From: the human T2T-CHM13v2.0 reference genome, Homo sapiens
Length of the DNA: 64,000 bases
Assembly (NCBI RefSeq): GCF_009914755.1
Contig: NC_060925.1
Strand: one strand, 5' to 3'
Shown: positions 14,729 to 30,596 of the stretch, one piece after another
Layout: every line of letters begins with the position of its first letter
How positions within the stretch are numbered: position 1 is the stretch's first letter
The notes under the pieces: model-generated
The model's input: only the letters and a program-made list of their open reading frames with translations
Told to the model about the DNA's origin: nothing
Database searches by the model: none
Translations under genes and position numbers: made by a program

Positions 14729-15684
14729 CACACATATGTGTTGGTCATTTGTATGTCTTCTTTGGAAAAGGACTGCTTGAATCATTTGCCCATTTTAATC
14801 AAATTGTGGGTTTTTGAGATTTTTGCTGTTGAGATGTTTGAGTACCTTGTATATTCTGGATATTAATCCCCTGTCAGATGAATACTTTACAAATATTTTC
14901 TCCCATCCTATATATTGTCTTTTCACTCTGTTGATTGTTTCCTTTGCTGTGAAGAAGCTTTTCAGTTTGATATAATCCCATTTCAAAATTTTTGCTTTTG
15001 TTGCCTGTGGTTTGGAGGTCTTATTCATACAATTTTTTCTCAAACTGATGTCCAGAAGTATTTCCTCTATGTTTTTTTTTCTAGTAGTTTTATGGTTTCA
15101 GGTCTTGCATTTAGGTCTTTGATTCATTTTGAGTTAATTTTTGTACAGGGTGAGAGGTGGGGGTCTAATTTCATTCTTTTGCATAAGTATATTCAGTCTT
15201 TCTAACACCATTTATTGAAGAGACTGTAGTTTCCCCAGTGAGTATTCTTGGAGGCTTTGTCAAAAATCAGTTAGCTATAGATATGCAGATTAATTTCTGG
15301 GTTCTTTATCCTGTTCCATTAGCCCATGTGTCTTTTTTTTTTTTTTTTTTTTTTTAAATGACAGCACCATGCTATTTTGGTTTCTATAGCTTTGTGGTAT
15401 ATTTTGAAGTCTGGTAGTGTGATGACTACAGCTTTGCATTTTTCCCCCTTCTTCAGGATTGCTTTGGCTATTCAGGATTTTTGTACTTCTATATGAATTT
15501 TAAGATTTCTTTTTTTAATTTCTGTGAAGAATGTCATTGGTATTTTGTTAGGAATTACATTGAATCTGTAGATTGCTTTGGGTTGTATAGTCATTTTAAC
15601 AACATTAATTCTTCTGATTAATGAGCATGGGATGTCTTTCCATTTGTTTGTATCCTCTTCAATTTTTTTTCATCAGTGTTTTTT

Positions 15685-15978
15685 TATTTTTTTTCCTAAG
15701 ACAGGGTCTTGCTCTGTTGCCCAGGTTGGAGTGCAGTGTGCAATTTCAGCTCACTGCAGCCTCGACATCCCAGGCTCAATTGATCCTCCCACCTCAACTT
15801 CCTGAGTAGCTGGGACTACAAGCATGCACCACTACCCTCAGCTAATTTTTCTATTTTTTTGGTAGAGATGGGGTTTTGCCATGTTGCCCAGGCTGGTCTC
15901 GAACACCTGAGTTCAATTGATCCTCCCATCCCTGACCCCCAAAGTGCTGTAACTATAGGTGTGAGCCACGGCCCTTGG
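15685..15978 (-). mobile_element. Alu (AluJ-type) nested in L1
   Basis: Diverged Alu consensus; tcatcagtgtttt flanks both sides. Confidence 0.9.
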
Positions 15979-16699
15979 CAGTCATCAGTGTTTTGCAGTT
16001 TTCCTTGTAGAGGTTTTTTACCTCCTTGGTTAAATTTATTCCTAGGTTGTTTTTTTTTTTTTTTTTTTTGTAGCTATTGTAAATAAAATCATGTCATCTG
16101 CAAAGAGGAACAATTTGACTTCTTTCCAGTTTGGATGCCCTTTATTTTCTTCTTAAATGCTCTGGCCAGGACTTCTGACATGAGGCGATGTATACGCAAT
16201 CTTGGCACACAGTGGCTTCCCCCATCTTACTCACCACTCCTGGTCAGACTCCTTTTTCATATCCTATTTGGGGGCAGCAGTCTGCTTTAGCTCTTCCCCT
16301 TTCAGTCTATGCTCACATGTAAATAATCTCATTTATTGTGCCTTTAAATATCACCTATATGTTGGTGATTGTAAGATGTAAGTTATCTATTCCCACTGGC
16401 ATTTTTGGGTTGCTGGCTTCTTCAGCTCCAAGTTTGGGGTATATGAAGCAAGAAGAAAACTCAGGAAACTTACCATCTAGTCATTCCTTGGGTCCTCAGG
16501 TCCCTAGCCTGTCTGTCTTCTTCTGCCCACCTTTCTTCTTTTGTGTATATATAAATTACATATAATTATACATACTATATATAGTGATATATAATGTCTA
16601 GAGGTTTTTGTGGTTTTACTTAGTGAGAAGAATAGAAAAAATATATCAACTCTATCTTGGTGGCAGTGCTTATTGAGGTTTTTCTAAAATTAAAAAAAA

Positions 16700-17042
16700 T
16701 TTTAATTTTGTTAAAAAACACATAATATAAAGTTACCCTCTTGGCCATGAAGTGTACAGTTCAGTAGTGTTAACTATATTCATATTATTGTGTAACAGAT
16801 CACTACAACTTTTTCATCTTGCAAAAACTGAAACTCTAAACCTATCAAACAACTTTCCATTTCTCCCTTTCCCAGTTCCTAGCAACTACCATTCTACTTT
16901 CTGTTTCTGTGATTTTAACTACTCTAGATATTTGATTTAAGTGGAATCATACAGTATTTGTCCTTTTGTGACTGGCTTATTTCACTCAGTATGATGTTCT
17001 CAAGGTTCATCCATTTTGTAGTATGTGACAGAATTTCCATTA
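16700..17042 (-). mobile_element. L1MB-type 3'-end fragment
   Basis: aagtgtacagttcagtagtgttaactatattcatattattgtg...aagtggaatcatacagtatttgtccttttgtgactggcttatttcact. Confidence 0.8.
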
Positions 17043-18050
17043 GGGCAAAATATTTAGTGAGTTTCTAATTTTAGTGATTATATGCTTAATCTACAAAAAT
17101 TCGATTTTCTAAAATCTTGCTTTTTGTTTTCTTTATGTTTTTAGTAATTTTAAATATAAAAATTATATTGTCAACCTACTATTTTAAGTGCTTGAGAGCT
17201 TTAGTTTTCCTTTTTAAATTTGCTTTTCCTCATAACGAATTATTTTCTTGTGTGCTTCGGACTTTTTAATGTGTGCTTTGGACTTTTTAACGTGTGCTCA
17301 TGTTTTGCAGGTTTTTGTTTTTTCTTCTCCTGTGAGAATCCCTAGCGGTCTAGGTTTTGGATCTATCCCGTCTGAGTAAGCTCTAGAGGGATATCACAAA
17401 TTAAGATGAAGTTTGGTGTTAATTCTTGATTTGAGGATTCCAAGGCTATGTGAGGAGCATAAATTTAAACCCTAAACTCAATAGAAGATGGAGAGCCATG
17501 GTTTTGAATTCTCAGGTTCTTAGAGGAGACTTTTGTTTCTTCCACTCAGAGCTCAGGCAGACAGACAAGCTTCTTTGTCAACTCCCAATTCAGATGGATG
17601 ACTTTTTCCCCTAATCTATCGGATAGTGCAGCTATTATATTGTCCCAACTTTATCTGGGGTTTTCTGTTTCATGTCACCACCTCGAAAGGTCTCAAGGCC
17701 TCATTTCTTGTTCCTATTGAGATTCAAGGCCCTGGGTTAACTTTAGCATTGTCTTTATTTTGAATTCTATATGGTTGAATTACTGAGTAGCTAGCTTCCA
17801 AGATGGCCTCCCTTTTTGCTGGTATTCACAGCTTTGTGTAATCCCCTTCTACATGGTACTACAGTTGCTCTATATGACCAATAGAAGACAGCAGAAAGGA
17901 TGGCATGTCACTTTCAACGTTTAGTTTAAAAGCATCAGGGGCTTGATTACTCTCTTTATGACCATTCACTGTGTGGGAAGCTAGCTACCATGTCATGGGA
18001 ACACTCAGGGAGCTTATACATCACCAGAAAATGATGTCTCTGGTCAATAG

Positions 18051-18570
18051 TGTATGGCAGATGCATCTGACAGCAATAATTTAAGCATACCCTGAGGATG
18101 ACCTTATGGTGTAAGAAGAATGTTGATTCAAAGTTCCCAGCTAAGGAATCCAGTAGTGGCCAACCCAGAAGTTTACCCTTTATTAGGTTGGTGCAAATGT
18201 TATTGCAGTTTTTACCATTACTTTTAAATGGCAAAACCCACAATTATTTTTGCACCAACCTATACAAAGGACATCTGAGCCCTTGGCCCCTTCCTTGGAA
18301 TGCAGGTTGTGCAAGGAACTGAGCTGAGGTTCTTTGTCTTGAACTCGGTGGAGGTTGCTAGATGAAGGATGCCAAGTGAAAATTCCTGTATAAACTGCAT
18401 GCATTTTATGAACAGTAGCAATTTTTTCTGTCCAGGCCGTCGCTCCTGGGCCATTCTGTGTGTAAGTCCTCAATACACTCTATGTCTGGTTTGCTGGCTC
18501 TGGGTTTCTTCTTTGGCCTCTTGGACATGGTGCTATCCCCATTGGAATCAACAGGGTTCAAGGATGACAA
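18051..18570 (+). mobile_element. ERVL solo LTR (LTR47-like)
   Basis: tgtatggcagatgcatctgacagcaataatttaagcataccctgaggatgacc start. Family assigned from memory. Confidence 0.6.
18183..18262. mobile_element. MADE1 (Hsmar1-derived MITE)
   Basis: 80-bp palindrome ttaggttggtgcaaa...tttgcaccaaccta flanked by TA. Confidence 0.93.
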
Positions 18571-19199
18571 ATAGCCAATGAGGCCCTGATGCCCTCTAAC
18601 AGTCATGTGAGTAAACTTGGAAGTAGATCCTTCAGCCTTCAGATGGCTCAGTCCTGGCCAGCATCTTGACTGAAACCTCATGAGAAATCCTGAACCAGAA
18701 CCACCCAGCTAAGCCGTTCCTGAATTTCTGAAGCTTGGCAACTGTGAAAGCTAATAAATGTCTCTTTTTTCAAGCTGTTTAATTTTGGGGTCACTTGTTA
18801 CATAGCGATAGGTAACTAACATGGGTACCATAATTGTTTGACTAGCTTAAGACCTTAAAGATATAAATCTAGCATTGATAATTTTGATGTAGTACCTTTA
18901 TCTTTTTGGCTGATCTTTTTAAAACCATCCTTTTCTATACATCCATAAACTAGACCTTGCCAGTTATTATCTAAAACTGCTCCACTCTTCTGAAATATTA
19001 GATTCTATATCCTACCTTTGACTACAGCTTCATATCCTTCTATCTCTTGTGTCATTTCTCCACACAAATGATAAGGCTTATCAATGACCCACTCATTTAT
19101 TCCCAGTTTATTTGTCTCCTTTCTGGCCTTGCTTAATTCTTCTACTATGGTCGACCTATTGCTTTTCTGTATGTTAAATACCTATGTCTTTTGGGAGCT

Positions 19200-20050
19200 G
19201 CTTTTCTCCCACTCTGTTTGGTGTTGGTGAAGCTGTTACTCATATGACCTAACCTTTCTCACCACAGCTGTGGGCTCCTGACCCCGGTTGACCAAGCAAT
19301 CCCTATTGGGGATTGACAGGCACACTGTGAAAGAAAGGGTTGGAGTCTGCCTATGGCGTTATGTTTTCTAAGGAATACGTAAGACTAGAACTGCTGGAGG
19401 TTGTCCTGTTGTGCTTGGATATATTTTAAAGAGAATGAAGTCAAGCAAAGGCAAGCAGAGCTGAGAGATGAAGAGGGACAACATTCTTATGATGTTATTT
19501 GAACCATGGATCCTGTTGGACTTGAGGCCAGTTCTATTCCTTAGACATTCCAGCTATATAAACCAATAAATCCTTACTTAGCTTTTTTTCTTATACTATT
19601 TTGTAACATTTTTGTTTTTTAACAACCAAAAGCACCGTGACTAACACTCTTAGCCTGGACCTCTATTTCAGTTATAAATGCATTTGGTTGCAAATCACCA
19701 GAAAACACAAAAACCATGTCTTACATAAATAAGAGTTTATTTGCTCCACATGGTAAAGTCTAAGGTAGGGCAGTCCAGAGCTAATGCAGTAGCTCAGCAG
19801 TACCATCAGGAATCCAGGTTCTTCCTGTATTTCTGCTCTGCCATCCTTACTTGTGGATTTTGTCCTACTTATTGCCAAGTGGCTGCCACTTCTCTAGGTG
19901 CCACAACTGTGCTCTAGGCAGAAGGAAAGAGGACGTGGAGAGGCCGTATTTGCAGACTTCTGTTTATGTCTCATTGGCCAGAACTGTGTCCCATGGCTTA
20001 CCCAACTGCAGGGGAGCTAGGAAATTAAGTGTTTAGCCTTTATTGTCTCT
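19200..20050. mobile_element. Ancient MaLR/ERVL LTR fragments
   Basis: aaccaataaatcc...aacaaccaaaag...gactaaca end motif, followed by ggttgcaaatcaccagaaaa and tcattggccagaactgtgtcccatggc motifs. Confidence 0.5.
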
Positions 20051-21319
20051 GTATTAGAAGTAGGCAAAGGAAAGAAGAGTTGGAAATGGACAAACCCAAA
20101 TTGAAAACTTGGATTTTCTCTGGATTCCAGAACTATATCTTACATTTTCACCTGCCCTACAAACAACCAGCTACCTTCTAGCTTTACAAATCATTCTGTG
20201 TTTGAATTCTGTGTTATTGGATAGAACCTACAAAATTGTAAATAATGGAACTTTTACAAATTAACGGCATTAAGGCACCCAGAACTGTTTGTTAGTTCTT
20301 TTTATTTTGTTTTCATTAGCTGCCTCTCCTACTACCTTTAATTGTTATTACAAATCTTTAACACACACTACCTTTATTAAGCCCTCTTCTCATATCCTTT
20401 TTACTCTCAAAGGATTGCAGTCCCTTGCTTTGCTAAGAAAATTGAGGCTATGACATACAAAGTTTCTCAGTTTCCTGTAACCAACTTTTCCTCTTTTCTT
20501 TGTTTCCTTTCAGTTTTTAAACTAGAACCTACAGTTGTGGTCTTAACCTCACCCACAATCATTGTGCTACAAATTACCTGATGTTTATTTCAGTCATTAT
20601 TGTATATCAACTGTTGTCATCATGTGGTAGTAGGCACACCATAAATATTTGTTGAATACTTATTGAAGCCGCCTTACAGAACTTTTCTACATCAATTATT
20701 CCTTTTCTCTCCTGAATCTTTTGCTTCTCCCTCTTGTACCTCCTATCTGTCAGTCTGTAAATATATTCAAACTGTTTTTTTTAACCCTGAAGGTAAAAAA
20801 GAATCCCAAAAGAACAAAAATCTTCCTTCTAATGTGCTTATATTCACCTCCTGGCTAACAGTTAATTTTTCTCTTTCTGTACTGAACCAAACTCTCAAAA
20901 TAATAATTTCCATTTTCAGTCTCTACTTCCATTTCTTCTAGTCATTTCTCAACTCATTGTCTACTGGCTTCAACTCTACCATGTGAATGGGAGGTCCCTG
21001 ATGATTTCCTACTCACAAAACTCATGTTACTTAAGTTTTATGTAGAATTTAGTTACACATTTTCTATTTCTTGTAACTGTCTTCTTCCTTAAATTTTGTG
21101 ACACTAGGAATTTTTTGTTCCCCTCTCTATCAATTTTTTTTCCTTCTGTTGGGATTCTCATCATCAGTAATGTTACCCAGGGCTCTGTATGTGATCATCT
21201 TTTCTTTTCATTAAACACATACTCCTTACAAGATCTTACCAATACCATGGCTTCAGCTGCCACCCAAATAAAAATTGTTCCGAAGTCTGTATATCTAGTT
21301 CCAACCATATTCTTTTGTT

Positions 21320-23022
21320 AAGACCTTAAAGAGGTAAAAGAATGAATCACGTGAATATTTGGAAGAACAACATTTCAGGGAATGGAAATAGCAAGTGCAA
21401 AGGCCCTGAGGTAGGAGTGTCTTCATCATGTTCAAAGAAAAGCAAGGAAGCCAGTGTGGCTGGAGCTGAGAGAGTGCAGGAAAAATTAGTAGAAAATGAA
21501 GTCAGAGAAGCAGTGGGAGAGTGAAGGTCAAATCACATAAGGTCTTATATGCCATGTTGATGATCCTAACTTCTACCGGGAGTGCAATGAAAAGCCACTG
21601 CAGGGTTTGAGCAAAGAAGTGATATACTCTGACTGAAGTTTTAAAAGGATAACTTTGTGTTGAATATAGATAGAAAAGAGCAAAATAGGAATTAGAGCAA
21701 CCAGAGTAGGAGTCTATTGCAATAATTTAGATGAGAGATAATGGTGGTGATCTGGACCAGAGTAGCGGCAGTCAAGCAGCTGGTCATGAATACATGTTAT
21801 TGGAGAGCCAACAGCATATGATGACAGATTGGATGTTGGGTTCTGAGAAAAAGGAGAACTCAAAGATTTTTGGCCTGAGTAACTGGAATGATGGAGTTGC
21901 AATTTACTGAGCTGAGAAATACTGTGGGAAAAACAGATTTGGGGGAAGATTAGGAGGTCAGGTTTGGACCAATTAAATATGAGCTATTGATTAGACAATC
22001 AAATGTGAAAGTCTTGAGGCAGCTAGATAAAGAATGGAGTTTAGTAGTTAAGTGGGACTAGAGGTATAAATTTGAAATTCATCGTCCTGTAGATGGTATT
22101 TAAACTCATGAGGCTAGATGAGTTTATCACTGGAATGAACATAAAAGGGAAAGAGAAATGCTTTAAGAACCGAGTCCTTGAGCAATCTGGTGTTAAAAGG
22201 CAGGGGTGATGAGAATGAACCAGCAAAGGAAATTAAGGAATGGCCACTATGTGGGATGAAAATTAGAAGAGTGTGATGTCTGGAAAGATAAGTGAAGACA
22301 TGTTTCTAAAAGGAAGGAATTGACTATGGCAAATGTTGCTGATAGATCAGTTAATTTGAGGATTGAGTGTTTCAGTGGGTCAAAAGAGTGGGAGGAAAGA
22401 AATAGGAATTTTTCGTAAAGGATGGAGAAAAATGGGGCAGTAGCTAGAGAGAGAAGTGGGCTCAAGAGAATTTTGTTAATTAGATGAGAGAAATAAAAAC
22501 ATGTTTGTAACTTGATGGGAAAGATCCAGTAAAGAGGAAATTTTGTTAAAGCGGGGAAAGGGTAGAATTGCTGGAGTGATGTCCTTAAGTAGGTGAGAAG
22601 AGATGGGTTCTAGTAGAGGAATTGTCCTTTACTAGAAGCACAGTTAATTCATCCACAGTAACAGAAGAGAAGACAGGGTAGGGTATAGAGGTAGGCAGGT
22701 GGTAAATGTTATGGTGGAAGTGCATAGAAATATTCTTCAGATGGCTTCTATTTTATCAATAAGGAAACTGGGAGCTAGGATGGGGGTAGAAGTATTGGAA
22801 GGTTCATGCTCTCATTACCTCTCTGCCCTCATCTCCTAGTTGTCTTGGGGAGTGAGAGAATGAACTAAGGAAATAAAGTATAATTATCTGTCATCATTGA
22901 GATTATGGATCATAACTTTCAGTAAGACTAGTCAACATGGTTGTATGCTTTTCTCTGACTACCTTTAGTTATGCAAATTCAGGCATGATTGAGCCAAACA
23001 GTTGGATTTAAGTAGTATTAAC

Positions 23023-23061
<39 letters not shown>

Positions 23062-23625
23062 GGCCTGGCAGTTACAACATAAAGTTGAGGGACAACGGAA
23101 TCAACTGCTTTGTATGAAAGAAAGTGGTGAGAATGACTTTTATTTAAGCTGAATAAGGAGGAAAGTGATGGCACAAGGGGTGTGAAGGATAGTGAAAAGT
23201 GCTTGGATCAATGGATTGTAGGCCAGAGGATGGAAGTTAAAGGATTGTTGGAGTTGGGGCACAAGAGGAAATGAAAAAAAAGATATAAGGTAGTGATTAG
23301 AGACAATGGGGTGCTTGAAATTAAGATTATAGAAGGGTTATAGCTTTTGGTACTAGGGTATGACTATGGAAGTGAAAGGCTGAAAGGCTAAAGGATTAAA
23401 AAAAGTAGAGGCTACAGCATCATTGGAGGAGAGGAGGTCAAGGATCAGAAAAGCTGGGCTAATGGAAAGATCATCTGCATGGAAAGAATTATGGAGTGGT
23501 GTCGAAGAATGTAAGAGCCAACCAGAAGCTAAACTCTTCAAGGAATAGGAAGTGGTGCCCTGAGGATAACAGATGACTGCAACAGGAAGAGTAGTGGTGG
23601 TACAATCTTGTAACATGAGATTCAA
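21320..23625 (-). mobile_element. L2 element(s)
   Basis: agcaagtgcaaaggccctgagg...ggaagccagtgtggctggag...ggcctgagtaactggaatgatggagttgc are typical antisense L2 motifs. Confidence 0.8.
23023..23060. repeat. (TTA)n microsatellite, about 12 units
   Basis: Seen directly. Confidence 0.95.
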
Positions 23626-24592
23626 GGTTAAAATTGCTCATCTTATGGTCATGCATGACCTTCTAGTTACCAAAAATGGATCTGAAGTTTTATACAGAAT
23701 TTGTCATCACTTCCACTTTCATGAAAAAAATTTTTTTTTTTTTGAGATGTTATGACCCTGGGATCTGTTGGTTTTCCTACCTCTCTATCAGTTCCTGCCC
23801 CCACCTCACCCCCTCTTTTTTGTCATCTCTTGGATTCTGCTTCTCAGTGGTAATTGCCTGGAGCTCCCTACATGTCCTCTCTTTTCACAGTTCACACACT
23901 TCCTGGGTGATCTCACTAATCTCATGGCTTCAACTTCCACCCAAATGCATGTGGCTTCCAAATCTGTGTCTCCATCCCCAACTATGCTCCATTGCTTCAG
24001 TCCTGTGTTTCTGACTGCCTACCAAGTTGCCCTTGGATGATTTTCAGGCAGCTTAAATTCATTCAAGACTGAATTAGTTATCTTCCTCTCCAAACTTCCT
24101 TCTTCATTTTTGAATTTCAGTCTACCACTAAGACACTTTTAACTCATCATAGTCCCTCTTCCTCATCTCCTATATGCAGTCAAGTCACCAATGCCTGTGG
24201 ATTATATTTCTGAAAGATGAATTCTATTTCTGAAATGCTAACACTGATTAAATCCAGCTCTGCCTCCTTCAAAGCTATTTCTGCCCAACAAAAAGCTGAG
24301 GAACAAAAACAGAGGCATTGTCCTAGCTTTATAAGTCTAGGAAATATAGTTTAATAGATGTTCTATTTCTTTTTTTTTTTAATTATTAGTATACTTTAAG
24401 CTCTAGGGTACATGTGCACAACGTGCAGGTTTGTTACATATGTATACATGTGCCATGCTGGTGTGCTGCACCCATTAACTCGTTATTTAGCATTAGGTAT
24501 ATCTCCCAATGCTATCCCTCCCCCCTCCCCCCACCCCACAACAGTCCCCAGAGTGTGATGTTCCCCTTCCTGTGTCCATGTGTTCTCATTGT

Positions 24593-28417
<3,825 letters not shown>

Positions 28418-28479
28418 TATGATGCTAGCTGGTTATTTTGCTCGTTAGTTGATGCAGTTTCTTCCTAGCATCGAGGGTC

Positions 28480-29494
28480 TTTACAATTTGGCATGTTTTT
28501 GCAGTGGCTGGTACCGGTTGTTCCTTTCCATGTTTAGTGCTTCCTTCAGGAGCTCTTTTAGGGCAGGCCTGTTGGTGACAAAATTTCTCAGCATTTGCTT
28601 GTCTGTAAAGTATTTTATTTCTCCTTCACTTATGAAGCTTAGTTTGGCTGGATATGAAATTCTGGGTTGTAATTCTTTTCTTTAAGAATGTTGAATATTG
28701 GTCTCCACTCTCTCTGGCTTGTAGAGTTTCTGCCGAGAGATCAGCTGTTAGTCTGATGGGCTTCCCTTTGTGGGTAACCCGACCTTTCTCTTTGGCTGCC
28801 CTTAACATTTTTTCCTTCATTTCAACTTTGGTGAATCTGACAATTACGTGTCTTGGAGTTGCTTTTCTTGAGGAGTATCTTTGTGGCATTCTCTGTATTT
28901 CCTGAATTTGAATGTTAGCTTCCCTTACTAGGTTGGGGAAGTTCTCCTGGATAATATCCTGCAGAGCCTTTTCCAACTTGGTTCCATTCTCCCCATCACT
29001 TTCAGGTACACCAATGAGACGTAGATTTGGTCTTTTCACATAGTCCCATATTTCTTGGAGGCTTTGTTCATTTCTTTCTATTCTTTTTTCTCTAAACTTC
29101 TCTTCTTGCTTCATTTTATTCATTTCATCTTCCATCGCTGACACCCTTTCTTCCAGTTGATCGCATCGGCTACTGAGGCTTGTGCATTCGTTACATAGTT
29201 CTCGTGCCATGGTTTTCAGCTCCATCAGGTCCTTTAAGGACTTCTCTGCATTGGTTATTCTAGTTAGCCATTCGACTAATTTTTTTCAAGGTTTTTAACT
29301 TCTTTGCCATTGGTTCGAACTTCCTCCTTTAGCTTGGAGGAGTTTGATTTTCTGAAGCCTTCTTCTCTCCACTCATCAAAGTCATTCTCCATCCAGCTTT
29401 GTTCCATTGCTGGTGAGGAGCTGTGTTCCTTTGGATGAGGAGAGGCACTCTGATTTTTAGAGTTTCCAGTTTTTCTGCTCTGTTTTTTCCCCAT
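28480..29494 (-). pseudogene. L1 ORF1p remnant (frameshifted)
   Basis: ORF pieces 29276-29494 and 28626-29225 translate as ORF1p (EIWDYVKRPNLRLIGVPE). Confidence 0.9.
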
Positions 29495-30520
29495 CTTTGT
29501 GGTTTTATCTACCTTTGGTCTTTGATGATGGTGATGTACAGATGGGTTTTTGGTGTGGATGTCCTTTCTGTTTGTTAGTTTTCCTTCTAACAGTCAGGAC
29601 CCTCAGCTGCAGGTCTGTTGGAGTTTGCTGGAGGTCCGCTCCAGACCCTGTTTTCCTGGGTATCAGCAGTGGTGGCTGCAGAACAGCAGATATTGGTGAA
29701 CCGCAATTGCTGCTGCTTGATTGTTCCTCTGAAAGTTTTGTGTTAGAGGAGTACCCAGCCGTGTGAGGTGTCAGTCTGCCCCTACTGGGGGAGTGCCTCC
29801 CAGTTAGGCTACTCAGGGGTCAGGGACCCACTTGAGGAGGCAGTCTGCCTGTTTTCAGATCACACGCTGCATGCTGGGAGAACCACTATTCTCTTCAAAG
29901 CTGTCAGACAGGGACATTTAAGTCTGCAGAGGTTACTGCTGCCTTTTGTTTGTCTGTGCCATGCCCCCAGAGGTGGAGCATACAGAGGCAGGCAGGCCTT
30001 TTTGAGCTGTGGTGGGCTCCACCCAGTTCGAGCTTCCTGGCTGCTTTGTTTACTTACTCAAGCCTCGGCAATGGTGGGCACACCTCCCCCAGCCTTACTG
30101 CCACCTTGCAGTTTGATCTCAGACTGCTGTGATAGCAATGAGTGAGGCTCTGTGGGCGTAGGACCGTCCAAACCATGTGTGGGATATAATCTCCTGGTGT
30201 GCGGTTTGTTAAGCCCGTTGGAAAAGTGCAGTATTAGGGTGGGAGTGACCCGATTTTCCAGGTGCCGTCTGTCACCCCTTTCTTTGACTAGGAAAGGGAA
30301 TTCCCTGACCCCTTGTACTTCCTGGGTGAGGCCATGCCTCGCCCTGCTTTGGCTCATGCACGGTGCGCTGCACCCACTGTCCTGCACCCACTGTCCAGCA
30401 CTACCCAGTGAGATGAACCCGGTACCTCAGTTGGAAATGCAGAAATCACCTGTCTTCTGCATTGCTCACGCTGTGAGCTGTAGACTGGAGCTGTTCCTAT
30501 TCGGCCATCTTGGCTGCCCC
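29495..30520 (-). promoter_or_regulatory. L1 5' UTR internal sense promoter and antisense promoter; YY1 site at 30503-30512
   Basis: CAAGATGGCC motif at the 5' end. The UTR is 1026 bp long. Confidence 0.75.
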
Positions 30521-30538
30521 TCTATTTCCTCCTGTGTC

Positions 30539-30596
30539 TTAAATTGCCATGAATTCACCTTGTGTTTTAAGTTGCCATGAATTCACCTTGTGTTTT
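30539..30596. repeat. 28-bp tandem duplication
   Basis: ttgccatgaattcaccttgtgtttt at 30544-30568 and 30572-30596. Confidence 0.95.

Larger units (their letters stand above)
13215..16160 (-). mobile_element. L1MA-type 3' portion (3' UTR and ORF2 C-terminus) interrupted by three Alus
   Basis: Minus-strand ORF pieces translate as L1 ORF2 ([16 protein letters not shown]; KWDYIKLKSF). Confidence 0.88.
17785..18822 (+). mobile_element. MLT1-type MaLR LTR interrupted by a second LTR
   Basis: ccaagatggcctcc start; cagaaccacccagctaagcc...aataaatg...ttgttacatagcgataggtaactaaca end. Confidence 0.75.

Noticed and set aside
18183-18262. MADE1 as a miR-548-type precursor
   Set aside because: The arms carry several uncompensated mismatches and no host transcript is evident, so it is a weaker candidate than the copy at 52459.
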